NCBI GenBank assembly: GCA_019661785.1
Contig: JAIFWP010000002.1
Location: forward strand, 39,059 to 103,058
From: Candidatus Parcubacteria bacterium
Lineage (GTDB): Bacteria > Patescibacteriota > Minisyncoccia > Phycocordibacterales > Zambryskibacteraceae
DNA: 64,000 nucleotides
Direction: 5' to 3'
The position numbers and the translations under genes are program-made. The notes under the pieces were generated by a model, which was not told the origin of the DNA, did no database searches, and was given only the letters and a program-made list of their open reading frames with translations. This document shows, piece after piece, positions 18,401 to 26,568 of this stretch. Numbering within the stretch: position 1 is the stretch's first letter; each line of letters starts with the position of its first letter.

Positions 18401-18645
18401 TTCAGATTCTCTGCCCCTCTCGTGATATTGGACACAATCTGCTTTGGCTCTACGACAACTACCTGACGGACAACTTCGTGATACGGCAGCGTAGGCAAGC
18501 TGGTGCTCCCGCCCACGGCTGCTATGAGAGCGCCAACCCTGCTCGCATCGAACTGAGCCGGATTCTTAAAAGTCTCAGCGTGTATAAGAGACGGCAGAAG
18601 AAGGATGGTGAATGAAGCGGCTGCAAAAGTTTTCCTGACGTCCAT
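15403..18645 (-). CDS. Giant secreted surface protein with 31-aa tandem repeats (adhesin/S-layer-like)
   Basis: A 1080-aa protein with an N-terminal signal peptide. It contains about nine copies of GSTTLQNFFAQRGTTTSATSTNL[FY]TT[DN]FLAI and a Cys-containing C-terminal domain. Confidence 0.6.
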   Translation of the reverse strand: MDVRKTFAAASFTILLLPSLIHAETFKNPAQFDASRVGALIAAVGGSTSLPTLPYHEVVRQVVVVEPKQIVSNITRGAENLKAAAFETMNSATQTAASALSIIKSLVNPAERTLVETTQSATQAKPVPVKIAPAKTISAPAAISSAALSTYRIDPLIQEKFSALQAAISNMRETISKQSDRNVSNVSSSISRSLDDIVSITGTFSSTVSISGALTLGSATTTASNGFNISTGCFSINNVCVGASSVSSASFTATYPLLLSGSSVLSLNFSTTTANSWSLLNTFNNSSSTVLSAGSAFFGITATSSFNGTGDLFVVGSTTLQRFTSTQGTTTSATSTNLYTTDFLSIGSTTLQKLFVQSATATNLYAGNLLVTASSSFQALFSTSATATNLYYTNLLANGSTTLQLFTATAGTTTSATSTNLFTTNFLAIGSTTLQNFFAQRGTTTSATSTNLFTTDFLAIGSTTLQNFFAQRGTTTSATSTNLYTTDFLSIGSTTLQKFFAAQGTTTSATSTNLFTTNFLAIGSTTLQNFFAAQGTTTSATSTNLYTTAFLAIGSTTLQTFFASQGTTTSATSTNLFTTNFLAIGSTTLQNLFTQNSTSTQATTTNFFATTGNFGNVSTDQVNYKAGFQNFLNRSTTTLQLTDQAWVIATSTATNAYPLMSFNNSAGTSTIQFFGATTTGLTAAVGMGIPTGQYVLIGDGKTPSGLNILKGGLCVDSDGWCTASTTGRISSVSTFIGNSDLAEMYQANEALEPGDVVSVVSGIGVAKAVLGEKDKMMGVVSTKPGVVLGSGPDAENRPGDVPIALAGRVPLKVTIENGAIKAGDYLSLSSTPGVGAKALKAGVVIGQALEGYSGGGVGKIMIFVKNSYYSGLSAEHLPGLAVNGALPDSRNVLAALMEGSLTTIGYISEISTDRLMAGLEIITPKLTAGLVYADRIDSPTIDNLASRIASLEGSMQISQAPNNALQNALEWVGSKVTAALGIFTRVETATLKVTQGIEMTDTATGATYCLQVTNGEMVKTQGVCSTAGSATITTPPSAPEATTTDTVSEPPATEPAPESSDTPSTPEPTLDIASDPGLAP
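16726..17700. repeat. 93-bp tandem repeat array inside the giant surface-protein gene, including a 69-bp exact duplicate
   Basis: The protein repeats recur every 31 aa from about residue 316 to 640. The DNA segment ggtggtggaaccaatggagaggaagtcagtggtgtagaggttcgtggatgtggcagaagtggttgtgcc occurs identically at 17161-17229 and 17596-17664. Confidence 0.7.
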
Positions 18646-18747
18646 GAATATGTATTTGTCCTTTAATATTACAGGCCAAACGACATATTTTTGACAAAAA
18701 GAAAAATACTTTGTGGATACAGCGAGAAATCGCTGTGAAACGCAGTG

Positions 18748-19191
18748 TTAGATTGATAAAATCGTGCGTTCTAAAAGCGAATCTACAGTCGACTTCCCTC
18801 TTCTCGACTCATGGTAGCCCTTTACGAGCTTTAGCGAGAGATGTTCTAGCTCTTGGCTTTTCCAGTTTTTTAAAAAAGATTTCGACTTTTTGTATACAAA
18901 TGGATTCAAACCAGCAACGAGAGCATCGTCGCATCTGTCTGACAAGATGAGCGACTTCACCCCCCACATCACTCTGTAAAATATTTCATCAGCAGTCATG
19001 CCAGAGGCCAAGGCCTTCTCATAAATCATCCACGCGTTGCGTTTATCGCGCGCGCCGATGGCATCAGTCAATGCGAAGATATTGAACTGCTCTTTAGGAG
19101 CAGAGAGCGGCGCGACAGATTCATCAGCGCCGATTAGGTCCACATCAACCTTCTCCCCAAAAAGATTCTTGCCGTAATATTCTTCCGCCAT
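18748..19191 (-). CDS. holA: DNA polymerase III delta subunit (HolA) C-terminal-domain-only protein
   Basis: FNIFALTDAIGARDKRNAWMIYEKALASGMTADEIFYRVMWGVKSLI resembles HolA domain III. There is no N-terminal AAA-like domain, and the gene starts 4 nt after the polA stop. Confidence 0.4.
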   Translation of the reverse strand: MAEEYYGKNLFGEKVDVDLIGADESVAPLSAPKEQFNIFALTDAIGARDKRNAWMIYEKALASGMTADEIFYRVMWGVKSLILSDRCDDALVAGLNPFVYKKSKSFLKNWKSQELEHLSLKLVKGYHESRRGKSTVDSLLERTILSI

Positions 19192-19194
19192 AAA

Positions 19195-21582
19195 TTATTC
19201 TATTGAGTTCATATCGTTCCAATTTTTACCAGCATGCGCTTCGGCAACTATCGGCACGCCGTGCGTCTCCATGTCGCCGAAAACTTCCTCCATTATCTTT
19301 TTGAATTCTTTTGCAACGTCGCTTACCTTTTCATCGCGGACTTCGCAAACAATTTCATCATGCACCTGTAAGACTTGTCGCACATCCTTGCTCCAATTAT
19401 TTTTTTCAATCCTGTCATTTATTTTTTTCATAGCGATTTTCACGATGTCCGCTTCCGTTCCTTGGATCGGCGCGTTCACCGCCATGCGCTCCGCTTGCGC
19501 GCGGATGTATGGCAACGGACTGCGCAGACCAGAGAAGTATCTTTTCCTTCCGAACATCGTCTCGGTGTACCCCTTACGCTCAGCATCCGATTTAACTTTG
19601 TCTAGATACGCAGCAAGCTCAGAGAAAGTTTGAAAATAATTATTGTAGAACTCTTGAGCCTCTTTGCGATCAGTCTTTAGATTCGCGCGGAGCGCATTTA
19701 CTCCCATACCGAAGAGCACTCCGAAATTTATCGTCTTGGCTTTCACACGCATAGCCTTGTCGACTTCGTCGGCGCGGACCCCGAAGACTCTCATTGCGAC
19801 TCCAGTATGAACATCAAGTCCTTCTTTAAATATCTCGATGAGTTTCGCATCTCTTGAGAGTATGGCGGCAATGCGGAGCTCGATTTGAGAGTAGTCGAGG
19901 GAGAGGAGGCTGTAGCTGTCTTCGGCGATAAAGGCCTCTCGTATGGCTCGCCCGAGCTCGGTCCTTATAGGGATGTTCTGCAGATTCGGATTCTGAGAGG
20001 CCATCCTGCCTGTAGTCGAGCCGGCTAATATGAAAGTAGAGTGGAGCCTTGAGTCCTTATCAAGCTGGCTTGGAATAGCGTCTATATATGTAGAGAGTAG
20101 CTTCTCTAGCTCCCTATACTCAAGGACATAACCGATAATCGGGCTTTTGTCCTTTATCTTCTCTAGCTCAGACTCCTTCGTAGAATAGCCTCCTGAAGCC
20201 GTTTTCTTCTGTCTCGGGCCTCCTAGGGCAAGCTTCTCGAAGAGGACTTGGCCTAGCTGCTTGGGCGAACCTATATTGAACTCCTCCCCAGCTAAGTCCC
20301 AGATTTTCTTCTCGAGCTTGTTACTCTCCTTACGATAGTCTTTCGCGAGCTTTGCCAAGGCCTCTTTATCTACCTTAACCCCGACGGCGTTCATCTTGTC
20401 GACCACGGGCATGAGAGGTTTCTCTATATCTTCATACACACTCCTCACCCCTCTCTTATCAAGCTCAGTATCAACAACCTGCCAGGCCTCTTTGGCCGTC
20501 TTCGCCTTGGTGAAAGCGAGGACGTCGTCCATGGTTGGGTTGGTCAGGTTCGAGTCTACTACCCAGAGAGCGAGCTCTAGCTCCTTGTCTTCGGCTACCT
20601 TCTCCTCCACTACTCCTTCTCTCTTCTCTTCTATTATCTTTTCTGGTTTATTTGCCTCTTTTTTATTATTCAGTAGATTTTTCACCCTCTCGACCATAGT
20701 GCGGAACTCTAACTTCCTATAAAGCTCGGTGACTACATCAAGGTCGAGAGTCTCGCGCCAGGGCTTCGGCAGCTTGAAGTTTATCGGAGCGTCGCGTCTT
20801 ATAGTAGCGAGAGTCTTCGAGAAGAGAGCCTCCTCCTCGTTATCTAGGAGAAGATTTTTTATGCGCTCGCTTATGCCGGCCTTCTTATACTCATCACCCT
20901 TCTTCAAGGCTTTGTATATCTTCTCTACTGTGCCGAAGGTCTGGATGAGCTGTGTAGCGGTCTTCTCACCAATTCCGCGCACTCCGATGATATTGTCCGA
21001 GGGATCGCCACGGAGTCCTTTGTAATCAGGCAGGAGCTCGGGCGCGAAGCCAAAGCGCTCCTCCACCTTCTTCTCGTCATAGAGCACGATGTCAGTGAGT
21101 CCCTTGCGCAGAGTGTAGACCAGCACGCGCTTGCCATCGACGAGCTGCATGGTGTCCATGTCCCCCGAGGCGATGACTATCTCCATCTCCTTATCTTTCT
21201 TTAGGTCCTCGACTATCGTGCCAAGCACATCGTCCGCTTCAAAACCTGGGCACGAATATATGGGTATTCCCCAAGCTATGAATACATCTTTAGCTCGCTC
21301 GAGCTGGAGAGCCAGGTTCTCATCTATCTTCTTGCGAGAGCCCTTGTAAGCTTCGTAAGCCTCGTGGCGATGCGTCTTCTCCGGCAAATCGAAAGCTGCC
21401 GCCATGTACGTGGGTGATAAGTCAGAGATGAGCTTAACGAGCATGGTCGAGAGACCATAAAGAGCGCCTGTGGGCTCGCCCTGTGCCGTAGCAAACTCCG
21501 GCAGAGCGTGATAAGCCCTGTGGATTATGGCGTGAGCATCAAGGAGTACTAATCTCGATTTTGCGGGTGGTTTCGTCTTCAT
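19195..21582 (-). CDS. polA: DNA polymerase I (5'-3' exonuclease + polymerase domains)
   Basis: An N-terminal FEN/5'-nuclease domain (LVLLDAHAIIHRAYHAL) is followed by the polymerase motifs A/B/C (DYSQIELRI, RRxAKxxNFGxxYG, HDEIV). The 795-aa size suggests a reduced 3'-5' exonuclease domain. Confidence 0.9.
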   Translation of the reverse strand: MKTKPPAKSRLVLLDAHAIIHRAYHALPEFATAQGEPTGALYGLSTMLVKLISDLSPTYMAAAFDLPEKTHRHEAYEAYKGSRKKIDENLALQLERAKDVFIAWGIPIYSCPGFEADDVLGTIVEDLKKDKEMEIVIASGDMDTMQLVDGKRVLVYTLRKGLTDIVLYDEKKVEERFGFAPELLPDYKGLRGDPSDNIIGVRGIGEKTATQLIQTFGTVEKIYKALKKGDEYKKAGISERIKNLLLDNEEEALFSKTLATIRRDAPINFKLPKPWRETLDLDVVTELYRKLEFRTMVERVKNLLNNKKEANKPEKIIEEKREGVVEEKVAEDKELELALWVVDSNLTNPTMDDVLAFTKAKTAKEAWQVVDTELDKRGVRSVYEDIEKPLMPVVDKMNAVGVKVDKEALAKLAKDYRKESNKLEKKIWDLAGEEFNIGSPKQLGQVLFEKLALGGPRQKKTASGGYSTKESELEKIKDKSPIIGYVLEYRELEKLLSTYIDAIPSQLDKDSRLHSTFILAGSTTGRMASQNPNLQNIPIRTELGRAIREAFIAEDSYSLLSLDYSQIELRIAAILSRDAKLIEIFKEGLDVHTGVAMRVFGVRADEVDKAMRVKAKTINFGVLFGMGVNALRANLKTDRKEAQEFYNNYFQTFSELAAYLDKVKSDAERKGYTETMFGRKRYFSGLRSPLPYIRAQAERMAVNAPIQGTEADIVKIAMKKINDRIEKNNWSKDVRQVLQVHDEIVCEVRDEKVSDVAKEFKKIMEEVFGDMETHGVPIVAEAHAGKNWNDMNSIE

Positions 21583-21976
21583 GAGTGAATACTATATGTA
21601 TAGCATCTTCGGGCAGAATTGACCCGACCTTCTCTGCCCACTCTACTAAGACCAGATTACTGGGCTTTTTCACTATATCTCGCCAGCCAAGATCTAGGAG
21701 TTCCCTCTCGCTTTCTAGCCTGTAGGCGTCTATATGCACAAGGTGTTGCCAAGGCTTGCCGCTTAATTCATATATCTTCTCGATGAGGAAGGTGGGGCTC
21801 TGTATAGGGTCGTGTACTCCCAAGCACTCTCCTATATATTGTGAGAAGGTGGTCTTCCCGCTCCCTAGGTCGCCGTCGAGAGCTATAACCAAAGCGTGGT
21901 CTCGGGCGGAGAGAGACTCTACCAGCTCTATTGCGACTCGCTTAGTGTCCAGAGGAGATTTGGATACATAGTTCAT
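21539..21976 (-). CDS. tsaE: tRNA threonylcarbamoyladenosine biosynthesis protein TsaE
   Basis: Carries LDGDLGSGKTTFSQ (a P-loop) and SPTF. Confidence 0.75.
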   Translation of the reverse strand: MNYVSKSPLDTKRVAIELVESLSARDHALVIALDGDLGSGKTTFSQYIGECLGVHDPIQSPTFLIEKIYELSGKPWQHLVHIDAYRLESERELLDLGWRDIVKKPSNLVLVEWAEKVGSILPEDAIHIVFTHEDETTRKIEISTP

Positions 21977-21994
21977 GTAAATACTATAAACGAA

Positions 21995-22032
21995 AAGGGC
22001 GGAGAATTCTTCCTAAAGAATTCTCCGCCCTT
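21995..22032 (-). terminator. Strong rho-independent terminator after GC-rich lipoprotein gene
   Basis: A perfect 15-bp stem aagggcggagaattc / gaattctccgccctt with an 8-nt loop. On the minus strand it is followed by TTTTCGTTTAT. Confidence 0.65.
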
Positions 22033-22037
22033 GGTAT

Positions 22038-22502
22038 TCAGTTCTCGCCACTTCTCTTGCGGGCCTTCTTGGTACAGGTCGCGCCATTTGGCGAGTCGAG
22101 CTTGTCGACCGTGAGGAGCTTCTGGTGCCCGGAGTAGTATGTATCGACGCCCCAGGGACCGTGCTCAGCGAGGCCGATCTCCTCTCCGCGAGAGTCATAC
22201 GCCTTCACCACGACGTGCATCCAGTAGCCGTAGTCTCCAGCGCCCATTGGCCGGCGGATCTCGACCGTATGCGACGAGTCCTGCAGGATTATCGTCGCCG
22301 TCTCGAGCGTCGTGTGGTCGATGGTGAAGACAGCGATGGCAGGTGCGCACTCGTTCGAGACGAGGAGCACGATGTGCTGGCGCGATAATGGTGAAATGTT
22401 CCTCGGCGCCTGCACGTCACGTCCGCTCTGGGGCACCCACTTCGCGCCCGTAGCGCAGCCTGTGAGAGCCACAAGCCCAAGCAAGTAAAGAATCTTTTTC
22501 AT
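22038..22502 (-). CDS. Hypothetical lipoprotein (GC-rich, foreign-looking)
   Basis: It starts MKKILYLLGLVALTGC, a signal peptide plus lipobox. G+C is clearly elevated, and many spurious ORFs appear on the other frames. Confidence 0.5.
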   Translation of the reverse strand: MKKILYLLGLVALTGCATGAKWVPQSGRDVQAPRNISPLSRQHIVLLVSNECAPAIAVFTIDHTTLETATIILQDSSHTVEIRRPMGAGDYGYWMHVVVKAYDSRGEEIGLAEHGPWGVDTYYSGHQKLLTVDKLDSPNGATCTKKARKRSGEN

Positions 22503-22599
22503 CGGAATGGCTCCGTTGAGGGTCTACATATTATTATACACCCATGTTTTGATTATGTCAAGGGGCAGTAAAGGCAGGGTGAGGCCGTATAATAGAGCC

Positions 22600-24282
22600 A
22601 TGGTAGTCTTCGACGAAGAGAAGCAAAATGAGCGCATAGACTTTCTCCACAAGAAAGAGGAGGAGGAATTGGCCAATGCCCTTTCGGCCAAGTATGGCAT
22701 CCCCTACTTGGACCTCACTGCGCATCCTATAAATATCGACGCGCTCCGAGTTGTGAAGGAGGATGACGCTCGGGCCGCCTCGCTCGCTGTCTTCAACCAA
22801 ACAGATAAGAACATTGATGTCGGTGTGCTCTCTCCAGATGATGCCTTGACCCAAGCGTCTATCGCCCAATTCAAGGAGCGCGGATACATCCCCTCTCTCT
22901 ACCTCGTATCGCACGTATCGCTAAAGAGAGTCTGGGACAGATACAAGGACCTTTCGTATTCCTTCGAGACCAAGTCTGGCGCGCTCGATATATCGAACGA
23001 CGAGATACTCGAAGCGGTGAAGAAGGTAACGAAGCTCGCTGACGTGGAGAAGGAGATTCAAGGAGTGCTCGGGCAGAAGAAGGTCTACCGCGTCTCTAAG
23101 ATACTTGAGATAATCCTGGCTGGCGGCATTAGCATGAAGGCCTCAGACATACATATAGAACCCGAAGAGAACGACATCCGCCTGCGATACAGGCTCGACG
23201 GCGTGCTCACCGATATACTCAGGTTCGACAAAGATACCTTCGAGCTCCTCCTCTCGCGCATAAAGCTAGTTTCGAATGTGAAGTTGAATGTGAAGGATAA
23301 GGCCCAGGACGGACGCTTCACTATTAAATTGAAAGACGATGCCATAGAGGTCCGCGTATCACTCCTCCCAGGACCGAACGGCGAGTCGGTAGTGCTCCGT
23401 GTCCTCGTGCCAGACTCTATCAATGTGCCTCTGGAGAACTTGGGCATTCATCCAAAGCTCCTCACTATATTGCAAAGAGAGATATCGAAGCCTAACGGCA
23501 TGATACTTACCACTGGTCCTACAGGGAGCGGCAAGACCACTACCCTCTACGCCTTTTTGAAGAAGATCTACAGTCCCGAGATCAAAGTCATCACCATAGA
23601 GAACCCGATAGAGTATCACCTAGCTGGCATCGTCCAGACCCAGACCGACGACGAGAAGGGGTACACCTTCGCTGAGGGTCTCCGCTCCGCGCTCCGCCAG
23701 GACCCTGATGTCATCATGGTCGGCGAGATAAGAGACCACGAGACTGCCGAGACGGCTGTGAACGCCTCACTCACCGGACACTTGGTGCTCTCGACCTTGC
23801 ACACCAACAACGCGGCAGGCACCTTCCCCCGCTTACTCGACCTCGGCGTGAATCCTAAAGTCATCTCCTCCGCAGTTTCCGTCGCCATCGCTCAGCGCCT
23901 AGTGCGCAAGCTCTGTGACAATTGTAAGAAGGAGGTGGCTTTAACTCCCACTGACAAGACGCTCGTAGATAAAGTATTGGGCGGAATCCGCGACAAGTCT
24001 TACATGGAAGGCGTCCAGACAGACAAAGTCTGGGAGCCTGTCGGCTGCGAGAAGTGCAACGGCTCGGGCTTCAAGGGACGCATAGGAGTCTTCGAGGTCA
24101 TCCTCGTAGACGAGAAGATAGAGAAGGCTGCCGTGAACAACCCCTCCGAACGCGACATCGAAGCGGCATCGCTCGACCAGAACCTCCTAAACCTCGTGCA
24201 AGACGGCGTTATAAAAATCCTGCAGGGCCAAACCTCTCTCCCAGAACTCAAACGCGTCGTGGATCTCTCCGCTCTAGACTAA
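22600..24282 (+). CDS. pilB: Type IV pilus assembly ATPase PilB (GspE family)
   Basis: A GSPII_E N-terminal domain is followed by Walker A GPTGSGKTTT and then a Walker B/His box with a tetracysteine motif. The ORF-track start at 22507 would leave a 4-bp divergent spacer to the lipoprotein gene, so Met32 at 22600 is preferred. Confidence 0.8.
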   Translation: MVVFDEEKQNERIDFLHKKEEEELANALSAKYGIPYLDLTAHPINIDALRVVKEDDARAASLAVFNQTDKNIDVGVLSPDDALTQASIAQFKERGYIPSLYLVSHVSLKRVWDRYKDLSYSFETKSGALDISNDEILEAVKKVTKLADVEKEIQGVLGQKKVYRVSKILEIILAGGISMKASDIHIEPEENDIRLRYRLDGVLTDILRFDKDTFELLLSRIKLVSNVKLNVKDKAQDGRFTIKLKDDAIEVRVSLLPGPNGESVVLRVLVPDSINVPLENLGIHPKLLTILQREISKPNGMILTTGPTGSGKTTTLYAFLKKIYSPEIKVITIENPIEYHLAGIVQTQTDDEKGYTFAEGLRSALRQDPDVIMVGEIRDHETAETAVNASLTGHLVLSTLHTNNAAGTFPRLLDLGVNPKVISSAVSVAIAQRLVRKLCDNCKKEVALTPTDKTLVDKVLGGIRDKSYMEGVQTDKVWEPVGCEKCNGSGFKGRIGVFEVILVDEKIEKAAVNNPSERDIEAASLDQNLLNLVQDGVIKILQGQTSLPELKRVVDLSALD

Positions 24283-24580
24283 AGAACTCTGACACAGGTT
24301 TGATATAGGGGCAAAAGCGTGTTTATAAAAGGAAAACACCTTGCGGCAAAGGTGGTAAAATGAATAATGGGTCGAGGTGAGAGCAAGCGCTCCAGAGCGT
24401 ACATCTCCAAGCAATAAGCATAACCTATGAGGATAGCGGCAGTACCGGCAAGCCGGACCACGTACGTCCTTAAGGAGACGCTCAAAGCCCGCGAAGGCAT
24501 TGCTTAGAGATGTATGACCTGGAACAGGGACGAAAAGAGACTGACTCGTTCGACCTATACCCTAGCATAGAATATTTTTT

Positions 24581-25624
24581 ATGTCAAGCCCTAAAAATAA
24601 GATGGAGAAAACCGAGAAGACAGCCGCAAAACCCTCTCACGACAACTCATACCTCGATACCGAGCTCCGCCCCTCACGCTGGGACGACTATGTAGGGCAA
24701 AAGTCTATTAAAGATAACTTGCGCATCCTCCTTGGCGCAGCCGCCGAGCGCGGCACCCCGCCTGAGCACATACTCTTCTATGGACCGCCTGGACTAGGCA
24801 AAACAACTCTTGCTCACCTCATAGCCAAGGAGACTGGCAGGCAGATGAAGGTGACTTCAGGCCCAGCTATAGAGAAGGTGGGCGACCTCGCGAGCGTGCT
24901 TACGAACCTCGCTCCGGGAGACATCCTCTTCATCGACGAAATACACCGTTTAAATAAAACCATTGAGGAAGTCCTCTACCCTGCCATGGAGTCAGGCACT
25001 TTAGACATCATCATCGGCAAAGGGCCGAGCGCTCGCACTATACAGCTCGAGCTCCCAGCCTTCACCATGCTTGCTGCAACCACGCGCGTGGCCATGATCT
25101 CTTCCCCACTGCGCTCACGCTTCTCTGGAGGGACCTTCAGACTCGAGTTCTATACTGAGCCGGAGATTGAGGAGATTATCAAGCGCTCTGCAAGGATACT
25201 TGGGGTCAAGACCGCTAAGGGCGCGGAGAAGGCTATCGCCAAGCGAGCGCGCTTTACCCCGCGAACCGCAAACTACTTCCTAAAGCGCGCTCGCGACTAT
25301 GCACAGGTGAACAAACGAGACTTAGATGAGCAGACTGTTGAAGAAGCCCTCGAACTCCTTGGTGTCGACCATGTAGGACTCAATCCTTCAGACAGAAAGC
25401 TCTTAGAAACCTTGGCGGATAAATTCAACGGCGGACCAGTCGGCCTCGGCACTATAGCTGCCGCTCTCTCAGAGGAGGAGGCCACCATTGAGGAGTTCAA
25501 CGAGCCATACCTCATCCAGATGGGCTTCATCGAGCGCACACCCCGCGGCCGCGTCCTATCAGCGAACGGCTACGCCCACCTCGGCAAAAAAGCTCCCAAG
25601 AACCTCCAAGAGAAACTTTTATAA
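24581..25624 (+). CDS. ruvB: Holliday junction DNA helicase RuvB
   Basis: Carries YGPPGLGKTTLAHLIA and FIDEIHRL and has the AAA+ RuvB architecture. Confidence 0.9.
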   Translation: MSSPKNKMEKTEKTAAKPSHDNSYLDTELRPSRWDDYVGQKSIKDNLRILLGAAAERGTPPEHILFYGPPGLGKTTLAHLIAKETGRQMKVTSGPAIEKVGDLASVLTNLAPGDILFIDEIHRLNKTIEEVLYPAMESGTLDIIIGKGPSARTIQLELPAFTMLAATTRVAMISSPLRSRFSGGTFRLEFYTEPEIEEIIKRSARILGVKTAKGAEKAIAKRARFTPRTANYFLKRARDYAQVNKRDLDEQTVEEALELLGVDHVGLNPSDRKLLETLADKFNGGPVGLGTIAAALSEEEATIEEFNEPYLIQMGFIERTPRGRVLSANGYAHLGKKAPKNLQEKLL

Positions 25625-25632
25625 AAAGAAAA

Positions 25633-25656
25633 CACTTCCCTGTTTGTTGGGAAGTG
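25633..25656 (-). terminator. Terminator hairpin in convergent ruvB / YHS-gene spacer
   Basis: An 8-bp stem cacttccc / gggaagtg. On the minus strand it is followed by TGTTTTCTTTTTA. Confidence 0.4.
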
Positions 25657-25715
25657 CGAATGTCACTAGTCTTTGGTCAAACGGATCTGGTGTACTGCTA
25701 ACTTAATTGAGATTT

Positions 25716-25946
25716 CTACTCGTCCTCGTACTGGTTGAAGTACTCTTCGCTCCATTTGCTGTAGCAAACATCCCCGCAGAAGAATTTGCTGCCATCGTGG
25801 ACTTTCCTACCCTCCTCCATTCGATAAAGATACTGGATGATCATATTGTGACCTATACAGATATCCTTACCGCACGATTCACAGCCTTCTTTCGGTGAAA
25901 ATCTCGCCTTTACATCCTTGGTCTTCCCAAGCAAGATGTTCGGCAT
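25716..25946 (-). CDS. YHS/TRASH-domain small metal-binding protein
   Basis: CESCGKDI...(27 aa)...KFFCGDVCYSKW..EY matches the CxxC...FCSxxC pattern of YHS domains. Confidence 0.45.
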   Translation of the reverse strand: MPNILLGKTKDVKARFSPKEGCESCGKDICIGHNMIIQYLYRMEEGRKVHDGSKFFCGDVCYSKWSEEYFNQYEDE

Positions 25947-26037
25947 TCCGCATCACCCCCTCCGTTAGTTCTTAGTTAATTCTACTCTTAAAGTTCCTGT
26001 TTGTCAAGTAGCGGAATGTGGGCTAAAATAAGCTCAA

Positions 26038-26568
26038 ATGAGCGGGCACAACAAATGGTCGAAGATCAAGCGGCAGAAGGGGGCTACGGATGCGGCTAAG
26101 TCGAAGATGTTTAGCAAATTTGCCAAGCTCATATCGACGACCTCGCGCGACGCCAAGGGTGACGTAAACTCCCCTAGCCTCCGAGCTGCCATAGAGAAGG
26201 CGCGCGAGTACAACATGCCAGCGGACAACATTGAGCGCGCGGTGAAGAAGGGTGTGGGCGGCGGCGAGGAAGCTCTCGAAGCTATTACTTATGAGGCTTA
26301 TGGTCCCGGAGGCTCGGCTCTCGTCATAGAAGCTCTCACCAGCAATCGCAACAAGGCAGCCCAGGAGGTGAAGCACGCTCTAACATTGAATGGCTTCGAA
26401 CTCGCTACCCCCGGCTCGGCGCTGTGGGCATTTAGAAAAGAGAATATGGAGTGGAAGCCAACCATGACCGTGCCGCTGTCTGAAGAGGATTCGTCTGTGC
26501 TAGAGAAGTTAATGAACGACTTGGAAGAAAATGATGAAGTCCAAGAAGTCTATACAAATGCCGAGTAA
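26038..26568 (+). CDS. yebC: YebC/PmpR-family DNA-binding regulator (short form)
   Basis: The N-terminus MSGHNKWSKIKRQKGATDAAKSKMFSKFAKLI is diagnostic. The protein is 176 aa, shorter than usual. Confidence 0.75.
   Translation: MSGHNKWSKIKRQKGATDAAKSKMFSKFAKLISTTSRDAKGDVNSPSLRAAIEKAREYNMPADNIERAVKKGVGGGEEALEAITYEAYGPGGSALVIEALTSNRNKAAQEVKHALTLNGFELATPGSALWAFRKENMEWKPTMTVPLSEEDSSVLEKLMNDLEENDEVQEVYTNAE

Noticed and set aside
22125-22480. Several overlapping 60-90-aa ORFs on both strands within the GC-rich lipoprotein gene
   Set aside because: High G+C depletes stop codons in all frames. The lipoprotein frame has a proper signal peptide and lipobox and matches the terminator position.
24380-24500. 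SRP RNA (ffs) assignment for the pilB-ruvB gap based on a GGUCCGG-containing hairpin
   Set aside because: The conserved helix-8 AGCAGC/GNRA features are not present, and the resemblance is too weak to call without a covariance-model search. It is kept only as an unassigned ncRNA candidate.
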